Origin: an uncultured Bacilli bacterium
GTDB taxonomy: Bacteria > Bacillota_I > Bacilli_A > RF39 > UBA660
Length of the DNA: 62,676 nucleotides
Assembly: GCA_934130485.1 (NCBI GenBank)
Contig: CAKOYE010000001.1
Location: 1 to 62,676 of the forward strand
Direction of reading: 5' to 3'
Shown here: in pieces, positions 29,780 through 41,267 of the stretch
How the letters are laid out: each line of letters begins with the position of its first letter
Numbering within the stretch: the first letter of the stretch is position 1
Position numbers and translations under genes: made by a program
Notes under the pieces: model-generated
The model's database searches: none
What the model was told of the DNA's origin: nothing
Seen by the model: only the letters and a program-made list of their open reading frames with translations

Positions 29780-29795
29780 AACATATTTTAATGTT

Positions 29796-30686
29796 TTATT
29801 TTTTTAAATTTTCATATGTTCTTTTTAATAGATATTCTTTATTACAATACATATGAAAGTTGTCATTTGTAATTTCATAATTTACACCAATATTTTTGTA
29901 GTAATTTTCATCAGTAATAATTCTGCCATCAGATTTAAATCCAGTTTCTTTTTCTATCATTCTTGCAAATATTAAATAACTAAATTCCTTTACTATATCA
30001 AAAAAATTTTTACCAATTGTTTTTTCTATATCACCTGCTAAGATAAAACATTTACTTGAATCTATATTTTGTTTTAAAATATTAGGATCACTGTATGTTG
30101 ATTCAAAATCTTTCATAAATCCGTATTTTTTATCCCAATATAAAAGTGATGCTAAATAATATGATAAATTTAAAATGGAATTAAATTTTGATTTGCTTAA
30201 TTTATCCTGTGATGCAAAATAATCAAATGGTATTGTTGGAGATATTACACTTACCTTATCAACTCTATTTGATTTTGAACATAAAAGAGCAATTGTTCCT
30301 CCAGAAGAGGAACCGATAATATCTACATTTTGAAGATTTGCTTTTTCTAAAATATCTATAACAGAATCAGAAAATAGTTTTAAATTTATTTCTTCTTTTT
30401 TTATCAATCCATTTTTTATGCATTTTTTATAATTAAAATCTATTATGTATGGTATATGAATATTAGAATCATACCAAAATTCATTATAATATTTAATTAA
30501 ATTAAAGTCATCTGGAGCATTATCAAGTATTCTCTTTGTATTAATTGTTAATTTTCCATTATAACCTCTAATATAAATTAGAGGTTTTGTGCCTTTTTGA
30601 TATAATTCCACAAAAGAGTATAAGTCCATAAGTGAATTGCTAGAACTACGCATAAATCTTGTATTGTTATTAATTAGTTTTGACAT
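29796..30686 (-). CDS. Alpha/beta hydrolase
   Basis: Nucleophile elbow GSSSGG. Start at MSKLINN behind a ggggagga RBS. Confidence 0.7.
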   Translation of the reverse strand: MSKLINNNTRFMRSSSNSLMDLYSFVELYQKGTKPLIYIRGYNGKLTINTKRILDNAPDDFNLIKYYNEFWYDSNIHIPYIIDFNYKKCIKNGLIKKEEINLKLFSDSVIDILEKANLQNVDIIGSSSGGTIALLCSKSNRVDKVSVISPTIPFDYFASQDKLSKSKFNSILNLSYYLASLLYWDKKYGFMKDFESTYSDPNILKQNIDSSKCFILAGDIEKTIGKNFFDIVKEFSYLIFARMIEKETGFKSDGRIITDENYYKNIGVNYEITNDNFHMYCNKEYLLKRTYENLKK

Positions 30687-30851
30687 AATATCCTCCCCAA
30701 AATATATTTTATATGTTATCACCAAATACATTTTAAATCAATTGTTTTTTCTTGTTTATTAAAAATAATTATGATACAATTTGAAAGAGTTATAAAAAAT
30801 TTCACGAAATTTACATAAATAAATAATAAAATAACCTAAGGAAGTGAGAAA

Positions 30852-31508
30852 ATGAAATTATTAATTGTTGACGATGAAGTTTTAATACGTGATGTAATAA
30901 AAGAATATTGTTTAAATGAAAATTATGATGTTTGTGAAGCTAGTAATGGATTAGATGCTTTAGAAATTATCAATAAAGAGAATATCGATTTAATTGTATT
31001 AGATATTATGATGCCTAAATTAGATGGTTTTTCTTTGTGCAAACAAATTAAAGATAAAAATATCCCTATTATTATTTTGTCTGCAAGAACTGATGAATTT
31101 GATAAATTAATGGGTTTTGATTTAGGAATAGAAGATTATGTAACGAAACCTTTTAGTCCAAAAGAGTTAATGGCTAGAATTAAAGTAATATTAAAAAGAA
31201 ATAATTCAGTTAAAGATCAATTTGTCTATAAAGATTTAGTTGTTGATTTCAAGGCACATACTATTAGCATAAATCACGAATATTTGAAATTTACTCCTAA
31301 AGAATATGATTTATTAGTTTATTTTATAAATAATGAAAATATTGCTTTATCAAGAGAAACTCTCCTTGACAAGATTTGGGGATATAGCTTTTTTGGCGAT
31401 GATAGAACAGTCGATACACATGTAAAAATGTTGAGGAATACTTTAGGAGAATATAGGGACTTAATTGTTACTGTAAGAGGAATGGGATATAAATTTGAAA
31501 CGAAATAA
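30852..31508 (+). CDS. OmpR-family response regulator
   Basis: Receiver domain DDE...LDIMMPKLDG...KPF and a winged-helix C-terminus VRGMGYKF. Confidence 0.9.
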   Translation: MKLLIVDDEVLIRDVIKEYCLNENYDVCEASNGLDALEIINKENIDLIVLDIMMPKLDGFSLCKQIKDKNIPIIILSARTDEFDKLMGFDLGIEDYVTKPFSPKELMARIKVILKRNNSVKDQFVYKDLVVDFKAHTISINHEYLKFTPKEYDLLVYFINNENIALSRETLLDKIWGYSFFGDDRTVDTHVKMLRNTLGEYRDLIVTVRGMGYKFETK

Positions 31509-32898
31509 AACACTTAATTCAAAAATTTGGTTTTACCTTATTATTTTTTCAGTAATTATTTTGTTATCCTTATGGTTTTTTCAAGTAGTATTTTTAAAAA
31601 CATACTATCGTATAATGAAAAATCGTGAAATAGATAATATCATAACTTCTATAGGTGAATATTATGGTGAAAATTATGATTATGATAAGTTTAATGATTT
31701 GATAGACCATTTATCATTTTCCAATAATGTATGTATTGAAATAATTGATAATGCATCACTTTTATATTCTTCTAATAGTAAAATTAGAGGATGTTTAGTA
31801 GATAAAGATGTAAATGATTTTAAATATATTGATAAAAAATTAAATTTCATAAAGAGTAACAATAATACTTTTAGGTATGAAACAAAAAATCCGAGATTTA
31901 ATAACGAAACTTTAATTTATGGCAAAAAAATAAATAGCGATTTCATTGTATTTATTACTGCATCACTAGATCCAGTTGATTCTACTGTAAACATATTAGC
32001 AAGTCAGCTTGTATATGTTACAATAGGGGTTTTAATGTTATCGTTCATAGTTGCGTATTTTATTTCAAAAAAAATATCAAAACCAATTATTCAAATCAAT
32101 GAAAGTGCCAAAGAAATGCGTAAAGGAAATTACGAAATTGTTTTTAAAACTGATACTAATATAAAAGAAATAAATGAACTATCTAAAACCCTTAATGAAA
32201 CAACTAACGAACTTTCTAAAACAGAAAATTTACGTCGTGAACTTCTTGCAAATGTAAGTCACGATTTAAAAACACCACTTACAATGATTAAAGCTTATGC
32301 AGAAATGGCTAGGGATTTAAATAATAAAAATGTAACAAAAAGAACTGATAACTTAAATACAATAATAGAAGAAACAGATAGATTAAATTTATTAGTTAAT
32401 GATATTTTAGAGTTATCCAAAGTTCAAGCAAATGTAGAAAAATTAAATATTGAGCAGTTTAACTTAATTGATTTAATAAACTCAATAATAAAAAGATATG
32501 ATTATTTAAAAACAACTGAAAATTATGAATTTATTTTTAACTATGATACTAATAATATTGTAAGAGCTGATAAAAAAAGATTAGAGCAAGTAATTTATAA
32601 TTTAATTAATAACGCAATTAATTATACAGGTGCTGACAAAAAAGTATATATAAACGTTAAAAATCAAAATGGTGGTGTTCGTGTAGAGATTAGGGATACT
32701 GGTAAAGGAATTAGTGACGAAGATTTAAAATTTATCTGGGATAAATATTATAAAGTAGATAAAAGTTATACAAGAGAAGTTCATGGAACAGGAATTGGCC
32801 TATCAATTGTAAAAAACATATTAATAAATCATAATTTTGAATATGGTGTTGATACAAAAAAGGGAAGTGGTACAATATTTTGGTTTATCATAAAATAA
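31495..32898 (+). CDS. Sensor histidine kinase (2 TM, HAMP, HisKA, HATPase_c)
   Basis: H-box SHDLKTPLT, N-box NLINNAINYT and G-box GTGIGLSIVK. It overlaps the regulator gene and has a TTG start. Confidence 0.88.
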   Translation: MKRNKTLNSKIWFYLIIFSVIILLSLWFFQVVFLKTYYRIMKNREIDNIITSIGEYYGENYDYDKFNDLIDHLSFSNNVCIEIIDNASLLYSSNSKIRGCLVDKDVNDFKYIDKKLNFIKSNNNTFRYETKNPRFNNETLIYGKKINSDFIVFITASLDPVDSTVNILASQLVYVTIGVLMLSFIVAYFISKKISKPIIQINESAKEMRKGNYEIVFKTDTNIKEINELSKTLNETTNELSKTENLRRELLANVSHDLKTPLTMIKAYAEMARDLNNKNVTKRTDNLNTIIEETDRLNLLVNDILELSKVQANVEKLNIEQFNLIDLINSIIKRYDYLKTTENYEFIFNYDTNNIVRADKKRLEQVIYNLINNAINYTGADKKVYINVKNQNGGVRVEIRDTGKGISDEDLKFIWDKYYKVDKSYTREVHGTGIGLSIVKNILINHNFEYGVDTKKGSGTIFWFIIK

Positions 32899-32946
32899 AA
32901 AAATATGATATACTTATAATGTAATTATTAATAAAGGAGTAAGCGT

Positions 32947-33891
32947 ATGATTTATTTATTATATGGAACTAATTATTTTTTAATAAAAAGAGAAATAGAA
33001 AAAATAAAATTAGAAAATAATATAGAAAGTATTGATATCAACAATTATAATTTAGAAAATACAATTTTAGATAATATTTTAGATGATGCACTTACTTTAT
33101 CTTTATTTAGTCAAAAAAAGATGATTATAGTAGATAATTCATATATATTTACTCCATCTGTAAGAAAAAAAGGATTAGATCATAATATAGATTTATTAAA
33201 TAAATATATAGAAAATCCAAATCCAGATACAATTTTAATTTTTGTTGTCAATGAAGAAAAAATTGATGATAGAAAAAAAATAGTTAAATTAATCAAAATA
33301 AATGGAAATGTAATAGAATTTAATGAAATTAAAAATATTGATACTTTTATAAAAAATGAGTTAAATGATTATAAAATGGACGCTGTTACAATTAACTCAT
33401 TTGTAAATAGAGTAGGAGATAATTTAACAATTATTGCGTCAGAAATAGAGAAATTAAAATTATATAAAAATGATGATAAAATTATAACAAAAGAAGATGT
33501 ATTTAATGTTTGTTCTGAACAAATTGATGTTGATATGAATGAATTAACAAATTCGATTGTTTCTAAAAATATAAGTAAATCATTAAAAATATATAATGAA
33601 TTAATTAAACAAGGAGAAGAACCATTACAAATAATTATAAGACTTGCTAATCAATTTAGAATTATATATCAATCGAAAGAATTAACAAAAAAAGGCTATT
33701 CAAACAAAGATATCGCCGATATCCTTGGAATACACCCTTATAGAGTAAAAAAAGCTCTTGAAATTTCTTATAAATTTCCAAGTAAAGAATTACTGTCAAT
33801 ACTAAAAAAATTATCAATAATTGATGAGGGAATTAAAATGGGTAATATGGATAAAAATATAGCCTTAGAACAATTTATATTAGAAATATAA
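32947..33891 (+). CDS. holA: DNA polymerase III delta subunit
   Basis: MIYLLYGTNYFLIKREIEKI N-terminus and 314 aa length are typical of HolA. Confidence 0.8.
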   Translation: MIYLLYGTNYFLIKREIEKIKLENNIESIDINNYNLENTILDNILDDALTLSLFSQKKMIIVDNSYIFTPSVRKKGLDHNIDLLNKYIENPNPDTILIFVVNEEKIDDRKKIVKLIKINGNVIEFNEIKNIDTFIKNELNDYKMDAVTINSFVNRVGDNLTIIASEIEKLKLYKNDDKIITKEDVFNVCSEQIDVDMNELTNSIVSKNISKSLKIYNELIKQGEEPLQIIIRLANQFRIIYQSKELTKKGYSNKDIADILGIHPYRVKKALEISYKFPSKELLSILKKLSIIDEGIKMGNMDKNIALEQFILEI

Positions 33892-33907
33892 AATAACAGT
33901 TTAACTG

Positions 33908-34864
33908 TTATTTTACTATATAATTTAATAATTTTTTAGGATCATCATTATTTAAAATAATATCATATATTAAGTCAATTATTTCTGACTTAATATTTTT
34001 TTCTTCAAAAACTTTTTTGATAGAAATTATTGCGTCTAATCCTTCAACAGTGGTATTTTTTAAATAGTCTTCTATTTTATCTTTATCGGCTTTTGATCCT
34101 ATTAAATAACCAAGTGAAAAATTTCTACTTTTTTTGCTACTACAAGTTAAAATAATATCACCAATGCCACAAGATAATAAAATTGTTTCTTTTAGCCCAT
34201 TAAACTTGCAAATTATATTCATAGTTTCATTTATAATTTTTGTTAAATAAGAAGACTTTGTCGATTCTGATGTATTCATACCGTCTAATATACCACACGA
34301 TATTGCAAAAATGTTTTTTAAAGTTCCACAAAGTTCTACACCAATAATATCACTTGTGGTTTCTATCTTTATAAACGATGGGAAAAACTTTTTTAAATCT
34401 TCAATATTATTCCCTGCTAAAGAAAGAATAATATTTTCTTTTTTTATAGTATCAATCGCAAAACTTGGTCCCGCTAAAACAGATATATTGTCTGTTTTTA
34501 AAATATCGTGAACAATATCGTATGCGAATTTACATTCTTTATTGTTTATTCCTTTAGAAGCTATACAAATATTTATATCTTTATTTATCTTATTATTAAG
34601 AAGATTAACTGTATCGCTTAAATAATTTGTAGGAATTGCGATTACTATAAAACTTGTATCTTTTAAAGCTTCATCTATATTATTTGTAAATTTAATTTTT
34701 CTTGATATTTCAATATTTGGAAATAATTTTTCATTTCTATATGTTTCGTTTAAAGAATCTATTTCACTTTTAATTACTGAATAAACAGTTACGTCGTTTT
34801 TTTCATTTAAAACGGTTGCAAGTGCAACACCATATGCACCAGCCCCTAAAACAGTTATTTTCAT
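33908..34864 (-). CDS. gpsA: NAD(P)H-dependent glycerol-3-phosphate dehydrogenase
   Basis: Rossmann motif ITVLGAGAYG and conserved GTLKNIFAISCGILDG. Confidence 0.9.
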   Translation of the reverse strand: MKITVLGAGAYGVALATVLNEKNDVTVYSVIKSEIDSLNETYRNEKLFPNIEISRKIKFTNNIDEALKDTSFIVIAIPTNYLSDTVNLLNNKINKDINICIASKGINNKECKFAYDIVHDILKTDNISVLAGPSFAIDTIKKENIILSLAGNNIEDLKKFFPSFIKIETTSDIIGVELCGTLKNIFAISCGILDGMNTSESTKSSYLTKIINETMNIICKFNGLKETILLSCGIGDIILTCSSKKSRNFSLGYLIGSKADKDKIEDYLKNTTVEGLDAIISIKKVFEEKNIKSEIIDLIYDIILNNDDPKKLLNYIVK

Positions 34865-36069
34865 TTGCTTAATTCCTCCAATTTTGTCATTATTTCTTTT
34901 AATTTTTTCTCATTAGCATTATTATTTGGAAAATAATATTTTTTTCCCTTTAAATTATCTGGTAAATATTGTTGTTTAACAAAATGATTAGGGTAGTTAT
35001 GAGGGTATAAATAGTCACTAGAATTTGTTTTTATATGATTAGGTACATTACCAGTATTACCAAGTCTTATATCATTTAAAGCAGAATCTACGGCTAAATA
35101 AGCACTATTAGATTTTGGAGATAGGGCAAGTTCGATTACAATATTTGCTAGAATAATTTGAGCCTCAGGTAATCCAAGTCTTTCACAAGCATTAATTGCA
35201 GCATCAACCTTAACACCAATCATAGGATTAGCAAGTCCTATATCTTCGTAAGCAATAACAGTCATTCTCCTATAAATTATATCTAAATCTTCTGCTTCTA
35301 TTAATCGTGCTAAATAGTGCAAACTTGCATTTACATCACTACCACGAATAGATTTTTGAAACGCACTAATCGCATCATAATAGCCATCCTCATTTTGATC
35401 GTGAAAGAAGACTGGTTTACTATTTATATTTTTAATAACATCAACTGTTATATTAAAATCACTTGTAGAATAATAAGCAACTTCTAAAAGATTATAAGCG
35501 CTTCTTAAATCTCCGCTAGAAAGCCTACTTATTAAATTAATACTATCTTCATCAATTTTTATATTTTCTAAAACATTTTTTTCTACAACTTTATGTATGG
35601 CCTTATTTATATCATCAGCTATTAACTCTTTTAATTCAAATATTTGACATCTGCTTCTTATAGCAGGATTAATTTTGTGATATGGATTAGAAGTAGTCAT
35701 ACCTATTAATGTAATTAAACCACTTTCTAAATATGGTAAGAGTAAATCTTGTTTGTCTTTATTTAATCTATGTATTTCATCCATTACTACAACCATATTT
35801 CCATACATTTTTGCTTCTTCAATAATAACATCAAAATCTTTTTTGTTATTAATAGTAGCATTAAGTAGCCTATATCTTAAATTTAAACTTCCTATTAAAG
35901 CTAAAGCAACAGTTGTTTTTCCAATACCAGGTTTACCATATAATATCATTGAAAAAAGTTTTTGATTTTTAACTAAATTTCTTAATATTTTATTTTCACC
36001 TAATAAATGTTTTTGACCAATTACTTCATCTATATTGCTAGGTCGCATTTTTATTGCTAAAGGTTCCAT
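34861..36069 (-). CDS. rarA: Replication-associated recombination protein A (AAA+ ATPase)
   Basis: MRPSNIDEVIGQKHLLG, Walker A GKPGIGKTT, Walker B VMDEIHR and a MgsA C-terminal domain. Confidence 0.9.
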   Translation of the reverse strand: MEPLAIKMRPSNIDEVIGQKHLLGENKILRNLVKNQKLFSMILYGKPGIGKTTVALALIGSLNLRYRLLNATINNKKDFDVIIEEAKMYGNMVVVMDEIHRLNKDKQDLLLPYLESGLITLIGMTTSNPYHKINPAIRSRCQIFELKELIADDINKAIHKVVEKNVLENIKIDEDSINLISRLSSGDLRSAYNLLEVAYYSTSDFNITVDVIKNINSKPVFFHDQNEDGYYDAISAFQKSIRGSDVNASLHYLARLIEAEDLDIIYRRMTVIAYEDIGLANPMIGVKVDAAINACERLGLPEAQIILANIVIELALSPKSNSAYLAVDSALNDIRLGNTGNVPNHIKTNSSDYLYPHNYPNHFVKQQYLPDNLKGKKYYFPNNNANEKKLKEIMTKLEELSK

Positions 36070-36207
36070 ACAATCACCTATATAATTTTATCAAAAAAAA
36101 CGACATTTGGAAATATTTATATTTTAAATATATAAATATCAATATTGATTTCTAAATTTATTTTGACATTTTATTACTTTCAGTTTATAATTATAATAGT
36201 GATGTAT

Positions 36208-37095
36208 ATGAATAAGCTAGATGTTTTTATAAATGAATTTATTAATTATTTACTAATTGATAAAAAATATAGCAATGATACAATTGTTTCTTATAAAAAT
36301 GATTTAGATAAATTCTATATGTTTTTTAAAAATAAAAAAATAGATAATATAAAAAGAGAGGAAATTAGAGAGTATTTAAAATTTTTAGAAAATGAGAACT
36401 TAAGTAGTAAAAGTATCGCACATAATATTTCTGTTTTAAGATCATTTTATAAGTTTTTAATAATTAATAAATTTGTTTCTAGTAATCCAATTGCTTTTAT
36501 TGACTTACCAAAGATAAAAAAAACATTACCAAATGTTTTATCTGTTGAAGAAGTTGATATGTTATTGGATATTAAAGTAATTGATGAATATACTGCTAGA
36601 AACAAGGCTATGTTAGAACTTATGTATTCAAGTGGTCTTAGAATTAGTGAATTAATTAACTTACGTATTTCTAATGTATCACTTTCTGAAGCATTAGTAC
36701 GTATTTTTGGTAAAGGTTCCAAAGAAAGAATTGTGCCAATCGGCGATTGTGCATTAAATGCCTTAAATAAGTATATATTTAATTATAGACAGGAATTATT
36801 AAAACAAAATTCGGATTATTTGTTTTTATCTGTTAGAGGTACTAAAATGTCTAGACAAGCTTTTTTCAAAATTATAAAGAAAATTGCTAGCGAAAAAAAT
36901 ATTAAAACTGATATTTCGCCACATACATTAAGGCACTCTTTTGCTACACATATGTTAAATTATGGAGCAGATTTAAGAATTATTCAAGAATTACTTGGAC
37001 ATTCAGACATTTCAACTACTCAAATATATACACATATTTCTAAAAATAAAATAAGTGATGACTACTTAAATAGTCATCCACATTCTAAAGAATAG
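36208..37095 (+). CDS. xerD: Tyrosine recombinase XerD/XerC
   Basis: SGLRISE, HTLRHSFATHML and LGHSDISTTQIYTH give the R-H-R-Y catalytic set. Start moved to MNKLDVFINEF. Confidence 0.85.
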   Translation: MNKLDVFINEFINYLLIDKKYSNDTIVSYKNDLDKFYMFFKNKKIDNIKREEIREYLKFLENENLSSKSIAHNISVLRSFYKFLIINKFVSSNPIAFIDLPKIKKTLPNVLSVEEVDMLLDIKVIDEYTARNKAMLELMYSSGLRISELINLRISNVSLSEALVRIFGKGSKERIVPIGDCALNALNKYIFNYRQELLKQNSDYLFLSVRGTKMSRQAFFKIIKKIASEKNIKTDISPHTLRHSFATHMLNYGADLRIIQELLGHSDISTTQIYTHISKNKISDDYLNSHPHSKE

Positions 37096-37110
37096 AAAGA
37101 GGAGTTAATT

Positions 37111-38274
37111 ATGAAATATAAAAGAGTTTTCCTAATTGTTTTGGATTCTGTTGGAGTTGGTTCCGCTAAAGATTCGGATAAATTTGGTGATGGTCCAACT
37201 AATACATTAGGTCATATTATTGAAAAAACTCAAGTAAAATTACCTAACTTAGAAAAAATGGGATTACTTAATATTTTGGATTTAAGTGAGCAAAAAACAC
37301 TTGGATATTACACAAAAGCAATACCTATTAGTAATGGTAAAGATACATTAACTGGACATTTAGAAATTATGGGAGTAAAAACAAGTTCTGCCCCTAAAAC
37401 ATTTACTGAAAAAGGTTTTCCTAAGGAACTAATTGAAGCAATTGAGTATGAAACTGATAGACACGTTATTGGTAATTGTGCAGCTTCTGGAACAGAAATA
37501 ATAGAAAAACTAGGTGTTGAACATATGAAAACCGGTTCATTAATTGTTTATACATCTGCAGACTCTGTTTTACAAATTGCAGCTCACGAATCAATAATTC
37601 CCGTTAAAGAATTATATCGTATATGCGAAATTGTTCGTAAATTAACTTTGAAAGATGAATGGAAAGTAGGTCGTGTTATCGCTCGTCCATTTAAAGGTAA
37701 ACCTGGATCTTTTGAACGTACTAGCAATAGACACGATTACGCTCTAGATCCATCAGAAAAAACAGTTCTTGATAGTTTAAAAGAAAAAAATTATGATGTT
37801 TTATCAATTGGTAAAATATGCGACATTTTTAATGGAAAAGGTATTACTGCGTCAACTAGAACTGTAGATAATTTTGACGGTATAAAAAAACTTGTTAAAT
37901 TAATGAAATTAAACTTTACTGGACTTAGTTTTACTAATTTAAACGACTTTGATAGTAAATATGGTCATAGAAGAGATCCTATTGGTTATGCTGATGCTTT
38001 AGCACTTTTTGATAAGTATTTACCAAACATAGTTAATTCTCTAAAACAAGATGATTTATTAATAATTACTGCTGATCACGGTAACGACCCTACATATATA
38101 GGAACTGATCATACAAGAGAAAATGTTCCAGTACTAATTTTTTCTAGAAATTTTAAAGAAAGAGGAGAATTGCCATATTTGCAAACATTTGCTGATATAG
38201 GTGCTACTATAGCTGATAATTTTAATGTTGAAATGCCAAAAATAGGAAAAAGTTTTTTAGATAAATTAAAATAA
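37111..38274 (+). CDS. deoB: Phosphopentomutase
   Basis: VFLIVLDSVGVG, TADHGNDPT. 387 aa. Confidence 0.92.
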   Translation: MKYKRVFLIVLDSVGVGSAKDSDKFGDGPTNTLGHIIEKTQVKLPNLEKMGLLNILDLSEQKTLGYYTKAIPISNGKDTLTGHLEIMGVKTSSAPKTFTEKGFPKELIEAIEYETDRHVIGNCAASGTEIIEKLGVEHMKTGSLIVYTSADSVLQIAAHESIIPVKELYRICEIVRKLTLKDEWKVGRVIARPFKGKPGSFERTSNRHDYALDPSEKTVLDSLKEKNYDVLSIGKICDIFNGKGITASTRTVDNFDGIKKLVKLMKLNFTGLSFTNLNDFDSKYGHRRDPIGYADALALFDKYLPNIVNSLKQDDLLIITADHGNDPTYIGTDHTRENVPVLIFSRNFKERGELPYLQTFADIGATIADNFNVEMPKIGKSFLDKLK

Positions 38275-38300
38275 AAATTAGTTTTATGACTAATTTTTTT
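38275..38300 (+). terminator. Intrinsic terminator after deoB
   Basis: aattagt / tttatg / actaatt followed by ttttt. Confidence 0.6.
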
Positions 38301-38339
38301 GATATATTTGATATAATTGATGTATAAGGAAGTGAATAA

Positions 38340-40442
38340 ATGATATTAATAATTGCTGAAAAACCATCTCTTGCTAGAAATATTGTTGCAGGAATTGGTA
38401 CAATGAAAAAAATAGATGGATATTTTGAAAATGAAGAATATATTGTAACATGGGCATTTGGTCATTTATTTACATTATATGATATTGAAGATTATAGTGA
38501 AAAAAAGTGTGAAAATCCTAAATGGAATTTAGATAATATTCCTTGTTATCCTGAAACTTTTAAGTTTTCACTAAAAAAAGATAAATCAAAACAAATTGAT
38601 AAAGGTATTTTAAAACAGTTTAATATTATTAAAAATTTATGCAATAGAGAAGATGTTGTTCAAATTGTAAATGCTGGCGACTCAGACCGAGAAGGGGAAA
38701 TTATTGTACGACTTTGTATTGAAAATGCCCTAAATAGTGAAAAAAAATTAACTCGTTTATGGCTACCTGATCAAACACCAGAAACAGTTAAACAAGGATT
38801 ACTCGAAATGAAAGATGAAATAGAATATAATAATCTTGCCAATGAAGGTTTTGCTAGAACTTATATTGATTGGTTATATGGTGTTAATTTAACCCGTTTT
38901 GCAACACTTAAAACAGGAACTTTATTAAGAGTAGGTAGAGTAATTGTCCCTATTGTAAAAGCCATTTATGATAGAGATAAAGCAATAAAGAATTTTGTTC
39001 CTGATATATATTATGGAATTTCTTCAGAAGAAAAAACAAAAGATGAGGTTGTTGAATTAAATTCTAAAGAAAAATTTGATAAAAATGACATAAAAAAAGC
39101 TATCAATTTATGTGAAAAATATAATAACGAAAAAGCTATTGTTACAAATAAAAGTGTAAAAAAAGATACATTACAACCTGGAAAACTATATTCACTTACT
39201 AAGTTGCAAAATTATTTAGGAAAAAAATATAAAATGCCAATGGATAAATCACTTTCTATTGTACAAAAACTTTATGAGGAAGGATATCTAACTTACCCAA
39301 GAACCAATTCTGAGTATTTAGCAACTAATGAAAAAGATAAAATAAAAAAAATAATAGAAAATATATCAAAACTTAACTATCCAATTAAATTTAAAGATAA
39401 AAAAACAATATTTGATGATTCAAAAATAGAATCACACTCTGCTTTAACGCCTACATATAAATTACCGAACTTAAATAATTTAACAGATGATGAAAAAATT
39501 GTATATAAATCAGTTTTAAATAGATTTGTAGCTGTTTTTTGTAGTGAAGAGTGTAAGATAGAAAAAACAGAAATAAAAATTAAAGTAGGGGATTTAGAAG
39601 AATTTGTTTTAAAAGGAAATGTTATAATTGAAGCTGGATGGACAAAATATGATGAATATTCCAAAAATGATAAAATATTACCAAACTTAAATATTAATGA
39701 TGAAGTCAATATTAAGTTTGAACCTAAAGAAAAGAAAAAAACACCACCAAAACACTATACAATAGAAACTTTAAATAATTATTTAAAAAATCCATTCAAA
39801 GAAGATAAGGCTAAATTGGATGAAGAAAATGATGATGATACAGAAGATTATAAAGCAATTTTTGAAGGACTAGAACTTGGTACAGAAGCTACAAGAACTG
39901 GAATTATTGAAAATGCGATTAATAGTAAGTATATTGAATTAAAAAAAGATGTTTATTATATATTGCCAGGTGGAGAATATTTAATTGATTCATTGATGCA
40001 AATGAATATAAATATGGATAAATATAAAACTAGTACATTAGGTCAAGGACTTAAAAAAGTTTATAGAGGAGAGATAACTATAAATGATGTAGTTGATCTA
40101 ACAAAAAAAGAAATAAATGAAGTATTTGATAAACGTAATAATTGCGGTTTAAACACAGATACAGGATTCTTTAATGATGTTATAGGTATTTGCCCTATAT
40201 GTGGGAAAAATGTCGTTAAAACACGATTTAATTATGGATGTACAGGATATAGGGAAGGATGCAACTTTAAAATTAATTTTGTTATATGTAAAAGAGTAAT
40301 TTCTAAGAATATGGCTATTGACTTATTAAAAAATAAAAAAACCTTTAAAATAAATGGTTTTATTTCAAAAGATGGCAAACCTTTTTCAGGAATTCTAGTT
40401 TTGGATAATGAAGGTAAAATTAATTTTGATTTTAGCAATTAA
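38340..40442 (+). CDS. topB: DNA topoisomerase III
   Basis: Toprim IIAEKPS...DSDREGE, active-site Tyr context LTYPRTNSEYL and C-terminal Cys4 zinc ribbons. Confidence 0.9.
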   Translation: MILIIAEKPSLARNIVAGIGTMKKIDGYFENEEYIVTWAFGHLFTLYDIEDYSEKKCENPKWNLDNIPCYPETFKFSLKKDKSKQIDKGILKQFNIIKNLCNREDVVQIVNAGDSDREGEIIVRLCIENALNSEKKLTRLWLPDQTPETVKQGLLEMKDEIEYNNLANEGFARTYIDWLYGVNLTRFATLKTGTLLRVGRVIVPIVKAIYDRDKAIKNFVPDIYYGISSEEKTKDEVVELNSKEKFDKNDIKKAINLCEKYNNEKAIVTNKSVKKDTLQPGKLYSLTKLQNYLGKKYKMPMDKSLSIVQKLYEEGYLTYPRTNSEYLATNEKDKIKKIIENISKLNYPIKFKDKKTIFDDSKIESHSALTPTYKLPNLNNLTDDEKIVYKSVLNRFVAVFCSEECKIEKTEIKIKVGDLEEFVLKGNVIIEAGWTKYDEYSKNDKILPNLNINDEVNIKFEPKEKKKTPPKHYTIETLNNYLKNPFKEDKAKLDEENDDDTEDYKAIFEGLELGTEATRTGIIENAINSKYIELKKDVYYILPGGEYLIDSLMQMNINMDKYKTSTLGQGLKKVYRGEITINDVVDLTKKEINEVFDKRNNCGLNTDTGFFNDVIGICPICGKNVVKTRFNYGCTGYREGCNFKINFVICKRVISKNMAIDLLKNKKTFKINGFISKDGKPFSGILVLDNEGKINFDFSN

Positions 40443-40452
40443 GGAGGTATTT

Positions 40453-41217
40453 ATGGAAGAGAAAAAATCAGATTTAAGTATAGCTACTATATTACAAATT
40501 TTAACAGTTGCATTAACAGGATTAACATTATTTTGTACATTTATAGATTATATAAGTCAAATGATATGGTTTGATTATTGGAGTATAGATAAAGCTTTTT
40601 TTAATCAAAACTTATCAAACATTACAAATAACCTAATATATTATTTTTTTATTACACTACTTTTACTGTTTCCATTTATTAAATGTTTTAAAAATCTTTA
40701 TTATAAAGAAAAACTCAGCAGTCGAATTAAATCATATATTTTATTTACTGTCATTTATACATTCTTTTTTATACAAAATACAGCAAGTTTTAATTCTAAA
40801 AATGAAAAATTATTTACATATTTTTTTGGTTTATTATTGTGTTTAACATTAATGACAATATATATAGACAAAATTATTACATTCATTACAAAAATGAAAG
40901 AAAAGAACTATATTTTTATTACATATAGAGAAATAATAGAAAATATATTAATATTTTTTGTAGCAATATTCATAACATTTTCTCTAATAGGTTTACTTAA
41001 AACTTTTTTAAAAAGAGATTATAAAATTATTGATAATGATAATTTTTGCAATACAATTTTATATTCTACGCAGGATTATTACATAGTAGCAGAATGTAAA
41101 ATTGAACAAAATGATTTAATTATTTATAAAGATTTAAAAAGAAAAATAGATAATTATGACATTGCTTATCAAACAAGGAATTTTAATTCCATAAAAATAA
41201 AAACTTCAAAATATTAG
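40453..41217 (+). CDS. Hypothetical multi-pass membrane protein
   Basis: Start MEEKKSD behind aaggaggt. Five or six hydrophobic segments. No family recognised. Confidence 0.5.
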   Translation: MEEKKSDLSIATILQILTVALTGLTLFCTFIDYISQMIWFDYWSIDKAFFNQNLSNITNNLIYYFFITLLLLFPFIKCFKNLYYKEKLSSRIKSYILFTVIYTFFFIQNTASFNSKNEKLFTYFFGLLLCLTLMTIYIDKIITFITKMKEKNYIFITYREIIENILIFFVAIFITFSLIGLLKTFLKRDYKIIDNDNFCNTILYSTQDYYIVAECKIEQNDLIIYKDLKRKIDNYDIAYQTRNFNSIKIKTSKY

Positions 41218-41267
41218 ATTTGTTCTAATATTTTTTTTATAGAATCATATAATTAATTGGTGATATT